DNA of 64,000 nt, taken from the NCBI GenBank assembly GCA_965227515.1, contig CBDDFZ010000001.1, forward strand, positions 128,001-192,000, given 5' to 3'. The notes beneath the pieces are model-generated. The model worked only from the letters and a program-made list of their open reading frames with translations, searched no databases and was not told the DNA's origin. The DNA comes from Alphaproteobacteria bacterium. Its GTDB lineage: Bacteria; Pseudomonadota; Alphaproteobacteria; CALKHQ01. The position numbers and the translations under genes are program-made. The stretch's first letter is position 1, and the number at the start of each line of letters is the position of its first letter. Below are positions 22,872 through 33,392 of this stretch, piece by piece.

Positions 22872-23689
22872 GTAGCGGCCTCCGAGGCGTGGCCCAGCAC
22901 GTCGGGCGCGGCGACGAATTCGGCGATCAGGTCAAGGGTGCGCTGCGGCTGGTCGATAAAGGGCGCGTGGCGGCAATCGTCCAGCATCGCCACCTGGACG
23001 GCGCCGGGCACGCCGTCCTCCACCGCCGTTATCTGGGCGCGGGTGCCGTACTGGTCCTGCTTGCCCTGGATCGCCAGCACCGGCACACCCACGTCGGCCA
23101 GCGGCGCTTCGATGTTCCAGGCTTCGAAATCCGGGTTCAGCCAGCTGTAGTTCCAGCCGCGGAACGTATTGTCGACATGGCTGTGATAGCGGGCCAGCCG
23201 GTCGCGCAAGTCGCCCTGGTCATAGGCGGCCTTGGCCTCGGCGATCGACGCCAGCCCCTGCGGCTCGGTGAAGAAGTGCGGCGCCATCAGCACGATGCCG
23301 GCAACGCGGCGGTCGCCGACCAGGCCCGCGTGGAGTGCTGCGATGGAGGCACCGTCGGAATGGCCGACCAGCACGCCGCGCCGGAACCCGATGCCGTCCA
23401 GCACCTGGGGCAGCACGCGCACCGCCTCGTCGGTCATGTAGTCGAGCGGGCGCGGCAGATCGCACGGATCGGACCCGCCATAGCCCTGGCGCGAATAGGC
23501 GAACACGCCGCAGCCGGTGGCCGCCGCCAGACGCTCGGGGACGTCGCGCCACAGCGCCACGCAACCCAGGCCCTCGTGCAGCAGCACGATGGTCGGCGCG
23601 CTGGCCGGCGCCGGCCCGACCGCGCGCGCCTCCAGCACCGCCCCGTCAACGGTCAGCCGCAGTGGCTTATCCGGTGTCCAATCCAACAT
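22868..23689 (-). CDS. Alpha/beta hydrolase (box-cluster-associated type)
   Basis: LLHEGLG, GHSDGAS nucleophile elbow, QG..DQYG, CRHAP; overlaps the boxC start. Confidence 0.88.
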   Translation of the reverse strand: MLDWTPDKPLRLTVDGAVLEARAVGPAPASAPTIVLLHEGLGCVALWRDVPERLAAATGCGVFAYSRQGYGGSDPCDLPRPLDYMTDEAVRVLPQVLDGIGFRRGVLVGHSDGASIAALHAGLVGDRRVAGIVLMAPHFFTEPQGLASIAEAKAAYDQGDLRDRLARYHSHVDNTFRGWNYSWLNPDFEAWNIEAPLADVGVPVLAIQGKQDQYGTRAQITAVEDGVPGAVQVAMLDDCRHAPFIDQPQRTLDLIAEFVAAPDVLGHASEAAT

Positions 23690-23811
23690 GACGGTCTCCG
23701 CATAATCGCAGGCAGCGCCACCGGTCAACGGCCATGGGCAACCCGCGCCCAATTGGGGTAGTGTCGGGACAGGTACTTCATCGCTGCGATGACGGTTTTT
23801 GGGAGGACACG

Positions 23812-24987
23812 ATGAAAATTCAAAAAATGGCTCTGCTGGGCGGGGCGGCGGCGTTCGGCGCGCTCGCGAGCATGCCGGCGCAGGCGGAGGATTACACGGT
23901 CGGGCTGCTGCTGCCCTATTCCGGTGTCTATGCCGCGCTGGGCCAGGAGATCGATGACGGCTTCGCGCTGGCGATGGAGCATTTCGGCGGCGAGGTCAGC
24001 GACCACACCATCGAGCTGGTGCGCGAGGACACCGAGGTCGATCCGCAGGTCGGGCTCGCCAAAACCCGCAAGCTGATCCTGGAGGACGAGGCCGATGTCA
24101 TCGTCGGCGTGGTCTCATCCGGCGTTCTGGGCGCGATGCGCGACTTCATCCACCAGGCGGAGACGCCGCTGATCGTCGCCAATGCCGGCAACGACGCCGC
24201 GACGGGCGAGCGCTGCAGCCCCTACATCACCCGGGTGTCGTTCTCCAACAGCCAGGTCAACCGCCCGATGGGGCAATGGATGTACGACCAGGGCATTCGC
24301 ACGGTCTACACGATGGCGCCCGACTACGCGGCCGGCCATCAGATGATCGACACCTTCACGGCGGAGTTCACCGCGCTGGGCGGCGAAGTTGTCGGCGGCG
24401 CCTACACCCCGTTCCAGAACACCCAGGACTTCGGCCCCTATCTGACCACCGCCCAGGAAGCCAACCCGGACGCGGTCTATGTGTTCTATGCCGGCGGCGA
24501 GGCGATCTCGTTCGTCAAGCAGTACGACAGCTTCGGCCTGAAGGCGGAAACCCCGCTCTATGGCGCCGGCTTCCTGACCTCGCCGCTCTACGTCAATGCC
24601 GAGGGGCCGGCGGCGGAGGGCATCATCGCCGCCCTGCACTACCTGCCGGTGATCGAAAGCCCGGAGAACGAGACCTTCGTGCAGGCCTACATCGACACCT
24701 ACAACCGGCTGCCGTCCGAATTCGCGGTCGCCGGCTACGACGCCGGCCGCGCCATTGTCGAGGCGATCAAGGGCGGTGCCACCGACCGCGCGTCGCTGGC
24801 CGCGGCGCTGTCGTCGATGAGCTTCACCGGCCCGCGCGGCCCGCTGGAGATCGACCCGGCCACCAACAACGTGGTGCAGAACATCTACATTTACGAGACG
24901 GTCGCCGCCGAGGACGGCACGCTGACCCAGGAAATCCTGGAGGTGGTCGAGGCCGTGCGCGACGCCCCCAACGGCTGCGAGATGTAG
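23812..24987 (+). CDS. Liv-type ABC substrate-binding protein, probably for aromatic acids
   Basis: Signal peptide; GLLLPYSGVYAALG; APDYAAG; GPRGPLEID; divergent from box genes. Confidence 0.85.
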   Translation: MKIQKMALLGGAAAFGALASMPAQAEDYTVGLLLPYSGVYAALGQEIDDGFALAMEHFGGEVSDHTIELVREDTEVDPQVGLAKTRKLILEDEADVIVGVVSSGVLGAMRDFIHQAETPLIVANAGNDAATGERCSPYITRVSFSNSQVNRPMGQWMYDQGIRTVYTMAPDYAAGHQMIDTFTAEFTALGGEVVGGAYTPFQNTQDFGPYLTTAQEANPDAVYVFYAGGEAISFVKQYDSFGLKAETPLYGAGFLTSPLYVNAEGPAAEGIIAALHYLPVIESPENETFVQAYIDTYNRLPSEFAVAGYDAGRAIVEAIKGGATDRASLAAALSSMSFTGPRGPLEIDPATNNVVQNIYIYETVAAEDGTLTQEILEVVEAVRDAPNGCEM

Positions 24988-25009
24988 TTACCTCGGGGAT
25001 CAAGCCTAC

Positions 25010-25197
25010 ACCCAACTTCGTCGCCCTCGCCCTTGTGGCGAGGGCCCATATCCGTGCAGCGTTCGGCAGAAACTAGATTGAACCGGCGCTGCCGCCATTC
25101 GGGTAACGTCCATCCGGCTTCACGATCCCACTTGATCTGTTAGGGAGTTGGACGTGAATGGGTCCTCGCCACAAGGGCGAGGACGACAAGTTTGGGT
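25010..25197. repeat. REP pair (family C) with ~110-bp spacer
   Basis: TTCGTCGCCCTCGCCCTTGTGGCGAGGGCCCAT ... ATGGGTCCTCGCCACAAGGGCGAGGACGAC, with extended ACCCAA/TTGGGT ends. Confidence 0.85.
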
Positions 25198-25271
25198 ACA
25201 TGGTGATCCGCGGTCGGGACTCCACCCAGGTTTGCGCGTGATACTACCAATGGGATTGGAACGCAGACCAC

Positions 25272-26144
25272 ATGCCCAGTGACCCCTCGTTCTGGTTCGT
25301 GCAGGCGCTGAACGCGCTGCAGTATTCGATGCTGCTGTTTCTGCTGGCGATCGGGCTGACGGTCATTTTCGGCCTGCTCCACTTCGTCAACCTGGCCCAT
25401 GGCGCGCTCTATGGGCTGGGCGCGTTCGTCGGCGTGTCGGCGGTGGCGCTGGTCGGCAGCTACTGGGCGGCGTTCGCCTTCGCGCCGGTGGTGGTCGCCG
25501 CCATCGGGGTCGGTCTCTACCTGGCGCTGATCCGGCGCATGCGGCGTGCCGGCCCGATGAACCAGGTGCTGGTCACCTTCGGCCTGATCTTCGTGTTCAT
25601 GGACGTGTTCCGCATGATCTGGGGCGACATCGCACTCTCCATCGAGGAGCCGGCCCTGTTCACCGGCCAGACGACGCTGTTCGGCATCGTCTACCCCACC
25701 TACCGCCTGTTCATCATCGGCCTGGGCCTGGTGGTGATGGCGGCCCTGTGGCTGGTGCTGTCGCGCACCCAAATCGGCGCCATGGTGCGCGCCGGGGTCG
25801 ACAACGACCAGATGGCGGCGTGCCTGGGCGTGAACGTGGAACGGGTGTTCTTCATCGTGTTCTGCGTCGGCTGCGCGCTGGCCGGGCTGGCCGGCGTGGT
25901 GGCGGCACCGATCCTGTCGGTCACCACCGACATGGGGGTCACCATCCTGATCCCGTGCCTGATCGTGGTGGTGGTCGGCGGGCTGGGCAGCCTGAAGGGG
26001 GCCATCGCCGGGTCGCTGCTGACCGGCTTCGTGCAGACGTTCGGCGCCGTGCTGGCGCCCGAACTGGCGGCGGTTGCGATCTACGCCACGCTGGCCGGTG
26101 TGCTGATCCTGCGCCCGGCCGGCCTGTTCCCCGCGCGCAGTTGA
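25272..26144 (+). CDS. Branched-chain-type ABC permease (LivH-like)
   Basis: GLTVIFGLLHFVNLAHG; VVVVGGLGSLKG. Confidence 0.9.
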   Translation: MPSDPSFWFVQALNALQYSMLLFLLAIGLTVIFGLLHFVNLAHGALYGLGAFVGVSAVALVGSYWAAFAFAPVVVAAIGVGLYLALIRRMRRAGPMNQVLVTFGLIFVFMDVFRMIWGDIALSIEEPALFTGQTTLFGIVYPTYRLFIIGLGLVVMAALWLVLSRTQIGAMVRAGVDNDQMAACLGVNVERVFFIVFCVGCALAGLAGVVAAPILSVTTDMGVTILIPCLIVVVVGGLGSLKGAIAGSLLTGFVQTFGAVLAPELAAVAIYATLAGVLILRPAGLFPARS

Positions 26145-26171
26145 CCGCCCGCAGCCTCGGATAGCCGGCCG

Positions 26172-27182
26172 ATGTTCCACCAGACCCGCCTGAAGTCGGC
26201 CACCATGGGCCTGTTGATCGTGGCCGGCGTGGTCTACGGCGTGTCCACGGGGTTCTTCGGGCGGGAGATCCTGACCGAGGTGGCGATCCTGGCGATCCTC
26301 GCCATCAGCCTGGACCTCGTCGCCGGATATGGCGGCATGGTCTCGCTGTGCCATGGCGCGCTCTATGGCGTCGGTGCGTACGCATACGGTGCCAGCACCG
26401 CGCTCCTGGAATGGGGCACGGCGGCCGGCATGGCGATGGCGCTTGTCATCAGCACCCTGTTCGCCGCCGCGATCGGCGCGGTCACCGCGCGCACCCACGG
26501 CATCTTCTTCATCATGGCGTCGCTGGCGTTCGGGCAGATGGCGTACGTGTACCTGTTCGAGAGCCCTTATTTCGGCGGCACCGACGGCATTTTCGGCGTC
26601 ACCCGGCCCGACCTGAGCGGCATCGGGCTCGACCTCAACGACTCGCTGACGTTCGCGCTCGGCTGCCTGGCGATGGTGGTGGTCGCCTACGCTGTCGCCG
26701 CCTGGGTGCTGCGGTCGGGCTTCGGCCGCACGCTGGTGGGCATCCGCTCGAACGAGGAACGCATGCGCGCCGTCGGTCTGTCGGTATGGCGCCACAAGGC
26801 GGCAGCGTTCGCGATCTCCGGCGCGCTCGCCGGGCTGGCCGGCGCGCTGGCGGCCCAGCACACCATGTTCGTTTCCCCTGGCCTGCTGCACTGGACCGTT
26901 TCGGGCGAGGCACTGGTGCTGGTCATCCTGGGCGGCCTCGGCACCCTGGTCGGCGCGGTGCTGGGGGCGGCTGTGTTCGTGTTCCTGAAGCACGAGGTCT
27001 CCGGCCTGACCGACCACTGGCACATCGTCGTCGGCGCGGTGCTGATCGCGGTGGTGCTGAGCGGCGGCCGCGGCCTCTACGGCCAGCTTGAGCACTTGGT
27101 CGCGCGGCGCGCACGCCGGGCCGCCCAGCCGGCCCCGTCGGGCGACGACGAGGACCTCCACGCCGGGCCCCGCCATGCTTGA
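26172..27182 (+). CDS. Branched-chain-type ABC permease (LivM-like)
   Basis: GYGGMVSLCHG; GIRSNEERM; ILGGLGTL. Confidence 0.9.
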   Translation: MFHQTRLKSATMGLLIVAGVVYGVSTGFFGREILTEVAILAILAISLDLVAGYGGMVSLCHGALYGVGAYAYGASTALLEWGTAAGMAMALVISTLFAAAIGAVTARTHGIFFIMASLAFGQMAYVYLFESPYFGGTDGIFGVTRPDLSGIGLDLNDSLTFALGCLAMVVVAYAVAAWVLRSGFGRTLVGIRSNEERMRAVGLSVWRHKAAAFAISGALAGLAGALAAQHTMFVSPGLLHWTVSGEALVLVILGGLGTLVGAVLGAAVFVFLKHEVSGLTDHWHIVVGAVLIAVVLSGGRGLYGQLEHLVARRARRAAQPAPSGDDEDLHAGPRHA

Positions 27183-27951
27183 GGCGCGCAACCTGACCAA
27201 GTCGTTCGGCGCGCTGGCGGTGACCGCCGGCGTCAGCCTGAGCATCGGCAAGGGCGAGCGCCGCGTCATCCTGGGGCCGAACGGTGCTGGCAAGACCACG
27301 CTCTTCAACCTGCTGGCCGGCACCCTGAAACCGGACGGCGGCGCCATCCTGCTCGACGGCCGCGATATCACCCGCCTGCGTGTGGATGCCCGCGCGCGCG
27401 CCGGGCTGGCCCGCAGCTACCAGAAGAACAACCTGTTCGCTGGCTTGAGCGTGCGCGAGAACCTGGCGCTCGCCGCCGCCATCGCCCAGGGCAAGTCGGC
27501 CGGCCTTGGCCGCGATACCCTGCGCGACCCCGAAATCATGTCCACGGTGGACGAGGTCACCGCCAGCGTCGGTCTCGGCGACTGGCTGGACCGCCCGGTC
27601 GATGCCGTGCCCTATGGCGCGCGGCGCCAGCTCGAGGTCGGGCTGGCGCTGGCCTGCCGCCCCCTGGTGCTGCTGATGGACGAGCCCACGTCGGGCTTCG
27701 GCCCCGGCGCCATCGACCGCTTCCACGGCGTCCTGCGCAGCCTGCCGGCCGACCTGACCCTGGTCGTCATCGAGCATGACATGGACCTGGCGTTCGACAT
27801 CGCCGACCGCATCACCGTGCTGAACTACGGCGAGGTGGTGTTCGACGGCACCCCCGATGCGGCGCGGACCAGTGCGCTGGTGCGCGAGATCTATCTCGGC
27901 ACCTGGGGCGAACCAGCGGGGGGCGAAGAAGCGGGCGGCGCGGATGCTTGA
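27175..27951 (+). CDS. ABC ATP-binding protein (LivG-like)
   Basis: GPNGAGKTT; LLMDEP; IEHDMD. Confidence 0.9.
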   Translation: MLEARNLTKSFGALAVTAGVSLSIGKGERRVILGPNGAGKTTLFNLLAGTLKPDGGAILLDGRDITRLRVDARARAGLARSYQKNNLFAGLSVRENLALAAAIAQGKSAGLGRDTLRDPEIMSTVDEVTASVGLGDWLDRPVDAVPYGARRQLEVGLALACRPLVLLMDEPTSGFGPGAIDRFHGVLRSLPADLTLVVIEHDMDLAFDIADRITVLNYGEVVFDGTPDAARTSALVREIYLGTWGEPAGGEEAGGADA

Positions 27952-28645
27952 GGTCGCCAACCTGTTTGCCGGCTATGGCGAAACCCGGGTGCTGCACGGC
28001 CTGTCGCTCACCGTGCGGCAGGGGGAGGTCTATGCTGTCCTTGGGCGCAACGGCGCCGGCAAGACCACCACCTTGCGCGCGATCATGGGCCTGCTGCCGC
28101 CCGCGGACGGCGCCATCGTTCTGGACGGCCAGCGGCTGGTCGGGCTGAAGCCCTATGAAATCGCCACGCTGGGCGTCGCGTACGTGCCGGAGACGCGGGA
28201 CATCTTCCCCTCGCTGACCGTGCGCGAGAACCTGGAGCTTGCCGGCCGGCGTGCGGGGACGGGCGGACCGGCCTGGACGATGGACCGGGTGATCGAGTTC
28301 TTCCCGGCCCTCGCCGACCGGTTGAACAACGGCGGCACCCAATTGTCCGGCGGCGAGCAGCAGATGCTGGCGATCGGGCGGGCCTTGATGATGAACCCGA
28401 GACTGTTGATCCTGGACGAGCCCACCGAGGGTCTGGCCCCCATCATCGTGCGCCGCATCCACGACAAGCTGGCGGAACTGAAAGCGTCCGGCCTGACGCT
28501 GCTGCTGGTCGAACAGAATGTCGGGTTTGCCACGTCCCTGGCCGATAGCGTTCTTATCGTGGGCCGCGGTACTGCGGTTTGGAAGGGTCCATCACAAGAA
28601 ATCAAGAACGATTCCAATATACAGGCCCGTTGGCTGGGCGTTTGA
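27944..28645 (+). CDS. ABC ATP-binding protein (LivF-like)
   Basis: GRNGAGKTT; LSGGEQQM; LDEPTEGL; VEQN. Confidence 0.9.
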   Translation: MLEVANLFAGYGETRVLHGLSLTVRQGEVYAVLGRNGAGKTTTLRAIMGLLPPADGAIVLDGQRLVGLKPYEIATLGVAYVPETRDIFPSLTVRENLELAGRRAGTGGPAWTMDRVIEFFPALADRLNNGGTQLSGGEQQMLAIGRALMMNPRLLILDEPTEGLAPIIVRRIHDKLAELKASGLTLLLVEQNVGFATSLADSVLIVGRGTAVWKGPSQEIKNDSNIQARWLGV

Positions 28646-28845
28646 TACTGCCATTTGTTTGCAAAATCGGCCCGGTCGCCTTCGCCGGGCTGTCTAACCC
28701 TTAACTCCTACTCGATTTCCGATCAATGGTCCGAATTCAGGGTCTATTGGCAGTTGTGTGCTCAAAGTATGTGCATTGCGCGGTCGATGGCTGTGCAAAC
28801 TGATCAACCGACACATCACATCTTGGGCAGACAAGGAGACTGGGG

Positions 28846-29445
28846 ATGGCCCTGCGCCACATCGTATTTTCGACCACCTGTGCCGTTGCACTGACCGCCG
28901 GCGTGGTCATGCAGAGCGCCGGTGCGGCCAATGACGGCCCGCACGTCGCGCCGATCACCGCGTTCGCGCAGTCCGAACTTCAGGCGCTGCTGAGCGACGC
29001 CGTCGTTCTCGACGCCATCCGCGCGCAGAACGCCGAGACCGCCGGCATGGCCGAGGCCGACATCATCGTCCTGGACGAGGCCTGGCGGGCCGAGACCGCG
29101 GCACCCGCGCGCCCGATGATCGACGAGGTCCTGGCCAACCCGCTGTCCGTGCATCTGCGCGACTGGCAGCAGGGCCAGGCCGGCCTGGTGACCGAGGTCT
29201 TCGTCATGGACGGCGTCGGCCTGAACGTCGGCCAGAGCGACATGACCTCCGACTACTGGCAGGGTGACGAGGCCAAGTGGCAGAACACCTACCAGGCCGG
29301 TCCGGATGCGCTGTTCATCGACGAGATCGAGATGGACGAGTCCACCCAGACCTTCCAGTCGCAGGTGTCGGCTTCCATCGTCGACCCGGACACCGGCGAG
29401 GTGATTGGCGCCATCACCGTCGGCATCAACGTCGACGCGCTTTGA
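28846..29445 (+). CDS. Stand-alone secreted PDC/Cache-like sensor domain protein
   Basis: Signal peptide; [29 protein letters not shown]; [14 protein letters not shown]; no TM anchor or output domain; AAGGAG RBS. Confidence 0.75.
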   Translation: MALRHIVFSTTCAVALTAGVVMQSAGAANDGPHVAPITAFAQSELQALLSDAVVLDAIRAQNAETAGMAEADIIVLDEAWRAETAAPARPMIDEVLANPLSVHLRDWQQGQAGLVTEVFVMDGVGLNVGQSDMTSDYWQGDEAKWQNTYQAGPDALFIDEIEMDESTQTFQSQVSASIVDPDTGEVIGAITVGINVDAL

Positions 29446-29460
29446 TTGCAGCGGTGCACG

Positions 29461-29486
29461 GACGGCGGGCCCCAAGGCCCGCCGTC
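29461..29486 (+). terminator. Perfect 11-bp GC hairpin after the Cache gene
   Basis: GACGGCGGGCC-CCAA-GGCCCGCCGTC; short U tail only. Confidence 0.5.
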
Positions 29487-29605
29487 TTGCGCGCTGTCCA
29501 CGCAGTCAGTTAGCCGGACCAAGACCAAAGCCGCGCCCAAGGCGCAGAATTCAATCCGCAACCGGTCCGGCTCGTTCAACGCTTGGGGTGCGTAAGGGTA
29601 GTTCG

Positions 29606-31297
29606 ATGACAGCTGATACTGAGATGACCGATACGCCAACTGCGACGCAGACAGAGCAGAAGGCAGCGCCGTCGAAGACGTCCACCGCGAGCGTCAGCCG
29701 CAGGGTCACCACCTGGACTATCGCGGCCATCGTCGCTTGCTTCGTCGCGATCGGCGCCTGGACCATCATTATCGAGCGCGAAGCTCTGACCGACGATGCA
29801 AAGGCGAGCTTTGCCGACATCAGCACGCTGCTGGCCGACGGTGCGGCGGGCGGCTTGCGTTGGAACAAGGCTGAAGCGGTCGAGCAGGTCTACGCACAGT
29901 TCGTCACCCGCGATGGCTCGATGATCGCCGGCCTGCGCGCCATCGGTATCGATGGCAGTGTCGTCGCCGCCTATGATTCCGAGACCCTTGCGGCCGCCGA
30001 TTTCGGCATGACCGCGAATTGGTTCGCTGAGATGGCCGAAGGCGGCACGGTCGACGGCGAGAACCACATCTACACCTTCACGCCCGCTGCCGACGCCGAA
30101 GGCACCGTCTTTGGCTGGCTGGCGATCGCCTGGAGCACCGATGCCATCGACGAGACGGTTACCGCGTCGATGATCAGTTCGGTCGTTGCACTGTCGATCG
30201 TCCTTGTCGTGATCAGCGCGGCACTGGCCCTCATACTGCGCGCGCAGATCGGCCGCCCGCTGGCCCGCATCACCGATGCCATGTCGCGGCTGGCCCGCAA
30301 CGAGCTGGACACCGAGGTCCCGGCGCTGGAGCGGCGGGACGATGTCGGCGCCATGGCGCGCGCGGTCCAGGTGTTCAAGGAGAACGCGCTGGAGATCGAC
30401 CACCTCAGGTCGGCACAGGCTGCCACGGAAGCCGAACGCGACGTGGAGCGAAAGACCCAAACCCGGCGGATGGCCGACGATCTCGACAGCTCGGTGAAGG
30501 CGGTCGTGACCCAGCTGGATCAGTCGATCCAGTCGATGGAAAGCGATGCGCGCCACCTCACCTCGATGGCCGAGCGCAATCTGGCCCAGGTCAGCGAGGC
30601 CGGCTCGGGCTCCAAGACGGCAGCGGGCAGCATGCAAGCGGTTGCCGGCGCCATTCAGCAGCTCAATGCGTCGACCGGCGACATCAGCCGCAAGGTCGGC
30701 GAGGCCGCCAACATCGCCAACGCCGCCGCCGACAACACCAAGGCGACCAACTCCCAGGTCGGCAAGCTGTCGGATTCGGCAAAGCGGATTGGCGACGTCG
30801 TCAGCCTGATTTCCGACATTGCCGAGCAGACCAACCTGCTGGCGCTGAATGCGACCATCGAAGCGGCGCGCGCCGGCGATGCCGGCAAGGGCTTCGCGGT
30901 CGTCGCCGCGGAGGTCAAGTCGCTGGCCAACCAGACCGCCCGCGCAACCCAGGATATCGGCGACCAGATCGCCGCCATTCAGGCGGAGACCGAGCATTCG
31001 GTGTCGGCGATCGAGAGCATCGCCGGTACGGTCGAGGACGTGCGCAGCATCGCGGGCGACATCGCGGAAGCGGTCAGCCAGCAGAACGCGGCGATCGAGG
31101 ACATCGTCCAGAACATCAACGAGGCCGCCAACAACACCAACCGCGTGTCCGACAGCATCGGCGAGGCGGCCGACATCGCCTCCGACACCGGTCAGTCGGC
31201 GGCAAGCCTGCTGGCGGTGGCGGGCGACCTGACCGACAAGTCGAACCACCTGCAGGATGTGGTCTCGAACATCGTTGCCACCCTGCGCGCGGCCTAG
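29606..31297 (+). CDS. Methyl-accepting chemotaxis protein
   Basis: 2 TMs with periplasmic domain; HAMP ([12 protein letters not shown]); [37 protein letters not shown]. Confidence 0.95.
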   Translation: MTADTEMTDTPTATQTEQKAAPSKTSTASVSRRVTTWTIAAIVACFVAIGAWTIIIEREALTDDAKASFADISTLLADGAAGGLRWNKAEAVEQVYAQFVTRDGSMIAGLRAIGIDGSVVAAYDSETLAAADFGMTANWFAEMAEGGTVDGENHIYTFTPAADAEGTVFGWLAIAWSTDAIDETVTASMISSVVALSIVLVVISAALALILRAQIGRPLARITDAMSRLARNELDTEVPALERRDDVGAMARAVQVFKENALEIDHLRSAQAATEAERDVERKTQTRRMADDLDSSVKAVVTQLDQSIQSMESDARHLTSMAERNLAQVSEAGSGSKTAAGSMQAVAGAIQQLNASTGDISRKVGEAANIANAAADNTKATNSQVGKLSDSAKRIGDVVSLISDIAEQTNLLALNATIEAARAGDAGKGFAVVAAEVKSLANQTARATQDIGDQIAAIQAETEHSVSAIESIAGTVEDVRSIAGDIAEAVSQQNAAIEDIVQNINEAANNTNRVSDSIGEAADIASDTGQSAASLLAVAGDLTDKSNHLQDVVSNIVATLRAA

Positions 31298-31334
31298 ATC
31301 GTTCTTCGCTGACGCTGAGTCGGCACCAGCCCCC
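31294..31334. repeat. Truncated left end of family B element, sharing TAG with the MCP stop
   Basis: CTAGATCGTTCTTCGCTGACGCTGAGTCGGCACCAGCCCC. Confidence 0.6.
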
Positions 31335-31436
31335 AGCGCACGCCGGGGGAGCCATGATCGAGGGGATGGGTCCAACCGGGCCCGTCCCCTCCTGCGTTTT
31401 GGGCCGTGATCCGCCTGTACTGTGCCCCGGGCTGCA

Positions 31437-31838
31437 CTATGCCTTGGGGGCAGGCCGCTGCTTGCGGCTCAAGACCTCGCGAACACGGGTCCGCAGATCC
31501 TGGATCGATATCGGCTTGCAGAGGTAGCCGTCGCAACCCAGATCCTCCACCTCGCGGCGCATCGATAGCCGGTCGTCGGCGGTCACCACCACCACGGCCG
31601 GCTTGATGTCGAGGTTGGAGTTCATCCACCGCAGCACGTCCGTGCCGTTGAACTCGGGCATGTGGAGGTCCAGCAGCACGAGGTCGTAGAAACCGTCGTG
31701 CAGGCGATTCACCGCGTCGCGGCCATTGCTGGCCATGTCCGGTTCACTCGCGATCTCCATCCATTCCAGCGCAGCGCGCAAGACCGCAGCGTTGGTTGGA
31801 TTGTCATCAACAATCAATGTCTTGATATCGGCTTGCAT
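31437..31838 (-). CDS. Single-domain response regulator (CheY-like)
   Basis: LIVDDN, LLDLHMPEFNG, VVTA, YLCKP. Confidence 0.9.
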   Translation of the reverse strand: MQADIKTLIVDDNPTNAAVLRAALEWMEIASEPDMASNGRDAVNRLHDGFYDLVLLDLHMPEFNGTDVLRWMNSNLDIKPAVVVVTADDRLSMRREVEDLGCDGYLCKPISIQDLRTRVREVLSRKQRPAPKA

Positions 31839-32151
31839 GACACGATGCGGGCAGCCTGCACCGGTCGCCATACAGCGTCGGCCAGTTCCCTTGCCCGGAT
31901 TCCCCAATTCATGGTTGCGCTGCACGGCGCGGGCAATAGAGCCCTAATCAGACCACCAATGCCGCGTGTTCCATGTCTATGTCAATTGCTATTGCGGCTT
32001 TGTATAGCCAGTCACGAAACCTTAAAAATGGGAAAGTTGAACTTGCCGTACTCTAAACGCCACGGATTACGCCCGGCGCAGAGGTGTTTGTGTCGCGGCG
32101 GCCGCCCGGCCCGTGCTATGGCCTTCGGCCTGTCAAACTGGAGGATGGCCG

Positions 32152-32922
32152 ATGAGCCGCGACCACGTTGCCATCAATCGTGACGTGTGGGACGCCGACG
32201 CCAAGCATTGGGTGACGGCGGGCGAACACGCCTGGAATTCCGACGAGCCGGCTTGGGGGAATTGGCAAATACCCGAGGCGTCCCTCAAACTTTTTCGTTC
32301 CGGACTGGCGAACAAGGACGCGATCGAGCTGGGCTGCGGAACCGGGTACGTTTCTGCCTGGATGGCCCGTCGCGGCGCGCGGGTCACAGCGATCGACGTC
32401 TCTGCCAACCAGCTGGCCACCGCCCGCCGGCTGGCACGTCAGCACGGTGCCGACATCACCTTCATCGAAGGCAATGCCGAGGCCACTGGCCTGGACGCCG
32501 CCTCATTCGATTTCGCGATCTCCGAATACGGCGCGGCCATCTGGTGCCCGCCCGGCGCGTGGCTGCGCGAGGCCTGGCGCTTGCTCCGCCCCGGCGGCGG
32601 GCTGGTGTTCCTGGGTAATCACCCAATGGTGCTTCTGTGCTCACCCGAGGACGGCGCGCCGTGCGACACCACGCTGCATCGCCCTTATCGCGACATGTGG
32701 GGGGCGGATTGGACCAAGGTCGAGCTCGACCCAAGCGGCGTTTGCTTCAACCTGACCATATCCGGCTGGATGCGCCTGTTCGCCGAGATCGGCTTCACCG
32801 TCCGGGACTATCAGGAGATTTTCGCGCCTGACACCGAAACCGAGACCCGTGGCTTCGTTCCGGCCGAATGGGCCAAGAACTATCCGGTCGAGCAGGTCTG
32901 GCACCTTGAGAAGCCCGCGTGA
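32152..32922 (+). CDS. Class I SAM-dependent methyltransferase
   Basis: IELGCGTG; FDFAISEYGA; LLRPGG; GGAGG RBS. Confidence 0.9.
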   Translation: MSRDHVAINRDVWDADAKHWVTAGEHAWNSDEPAWGNWQIPEASLKLFRSGLANKDAIELGCGTGYVSAWMARRGARVTAIDVSANQLATARRLARQHGADITFIEGNAEATGLDAASFDFAISEYGAAIWCPPGAWLREAWRLLRPGGGLVFLGNHPMVLLCSPEDGAPCDTTLHRPYRDMWGADWTKVELDPSGVCFNLTISGWMRLFAEIGFTVRDYQEIFAPDTETETRGFVPAEWAKNYPVEQVWHLEKPA

Positions 32923-33005
32923 CCGCGTCAGCCTGGGAGCGCACGCCAAGGTGGGGCTCACGATACCCACGTCTCGCACCCGTGTTGCTCGACCTCTGCA
33001 ACAAA

Positions 33006-33296
33006 CTCTTTCGTCGCCCTCGCCCTTGTGGCGAGGGCCCATGGACATGCACGAGTTCGATCTGTCGGATGTTCGCTGTTAGAGCATGATCACTTAAGTC
33101 GGCACCGGCCTTCTCCCCCACCCGGCCACCCACGAGAGTATCCTGCTGGGCGGCCGGGTGGGGGAGAGGGCTGGCGCAGACTCAGCGTAAGCTGACCCTG
33201 ATCTAGGCGGTGCCTCGCCACGCGGCGACAACCACGTGACGTGTCGGTGCATGGCCCAGGAATGGGTCCTCGCCACAAGGGCGAGGACGACGAGAG
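33006..33296. repeat. REP pair (family C) enclosing a family B element
   Basis: Left arm TTCGTCGCCCTCGCCCTTGTGGCGAGGGCCCAT (33010-33042); right arm ATGGGTCCTCGCCACAAGGGCGAGGACGACG (33262-33292). Confidence 0.85.
33080..33206. mobile_element. Full-length family B palindromic MITE-like element
   Basis: TAGAGCATGATCACTTAAGTCGGCACCGGCC...CCACCCGGCCACCCA/TGGGCGGCCGGGTGG...GCGCAGACTCAGCGTAAGC...GATCTAG; reverse complement aligns end to end with 58666-58795. Confidence 0.85.
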
Positions 33297-33333
33297 CGGT
33301 TGGCGGAGAACGGTTGGCGGAGAACGGTTGGCG
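33297..33333. repeat. 14-bp tandem repeat CGGTTGGCGGAGAA x2.6
   Basis: Read directly; abuts the right REP arm. Confidence 0.8.
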
Positions 33334-33392
33334 AGCGCTGCGCAGAGTTACGCGAACCCGGATGAGCCCCGGAACGAGCCAAGTGATCCCGA

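Noticed and set aside
28650-28845. Sigma-54 or CtrA site upstream of the Cache/MCP genes
   Set aside because: The TGGCA...TGC spacing is one base short of -24/-12, and there is no TTAA-N7-TTAA
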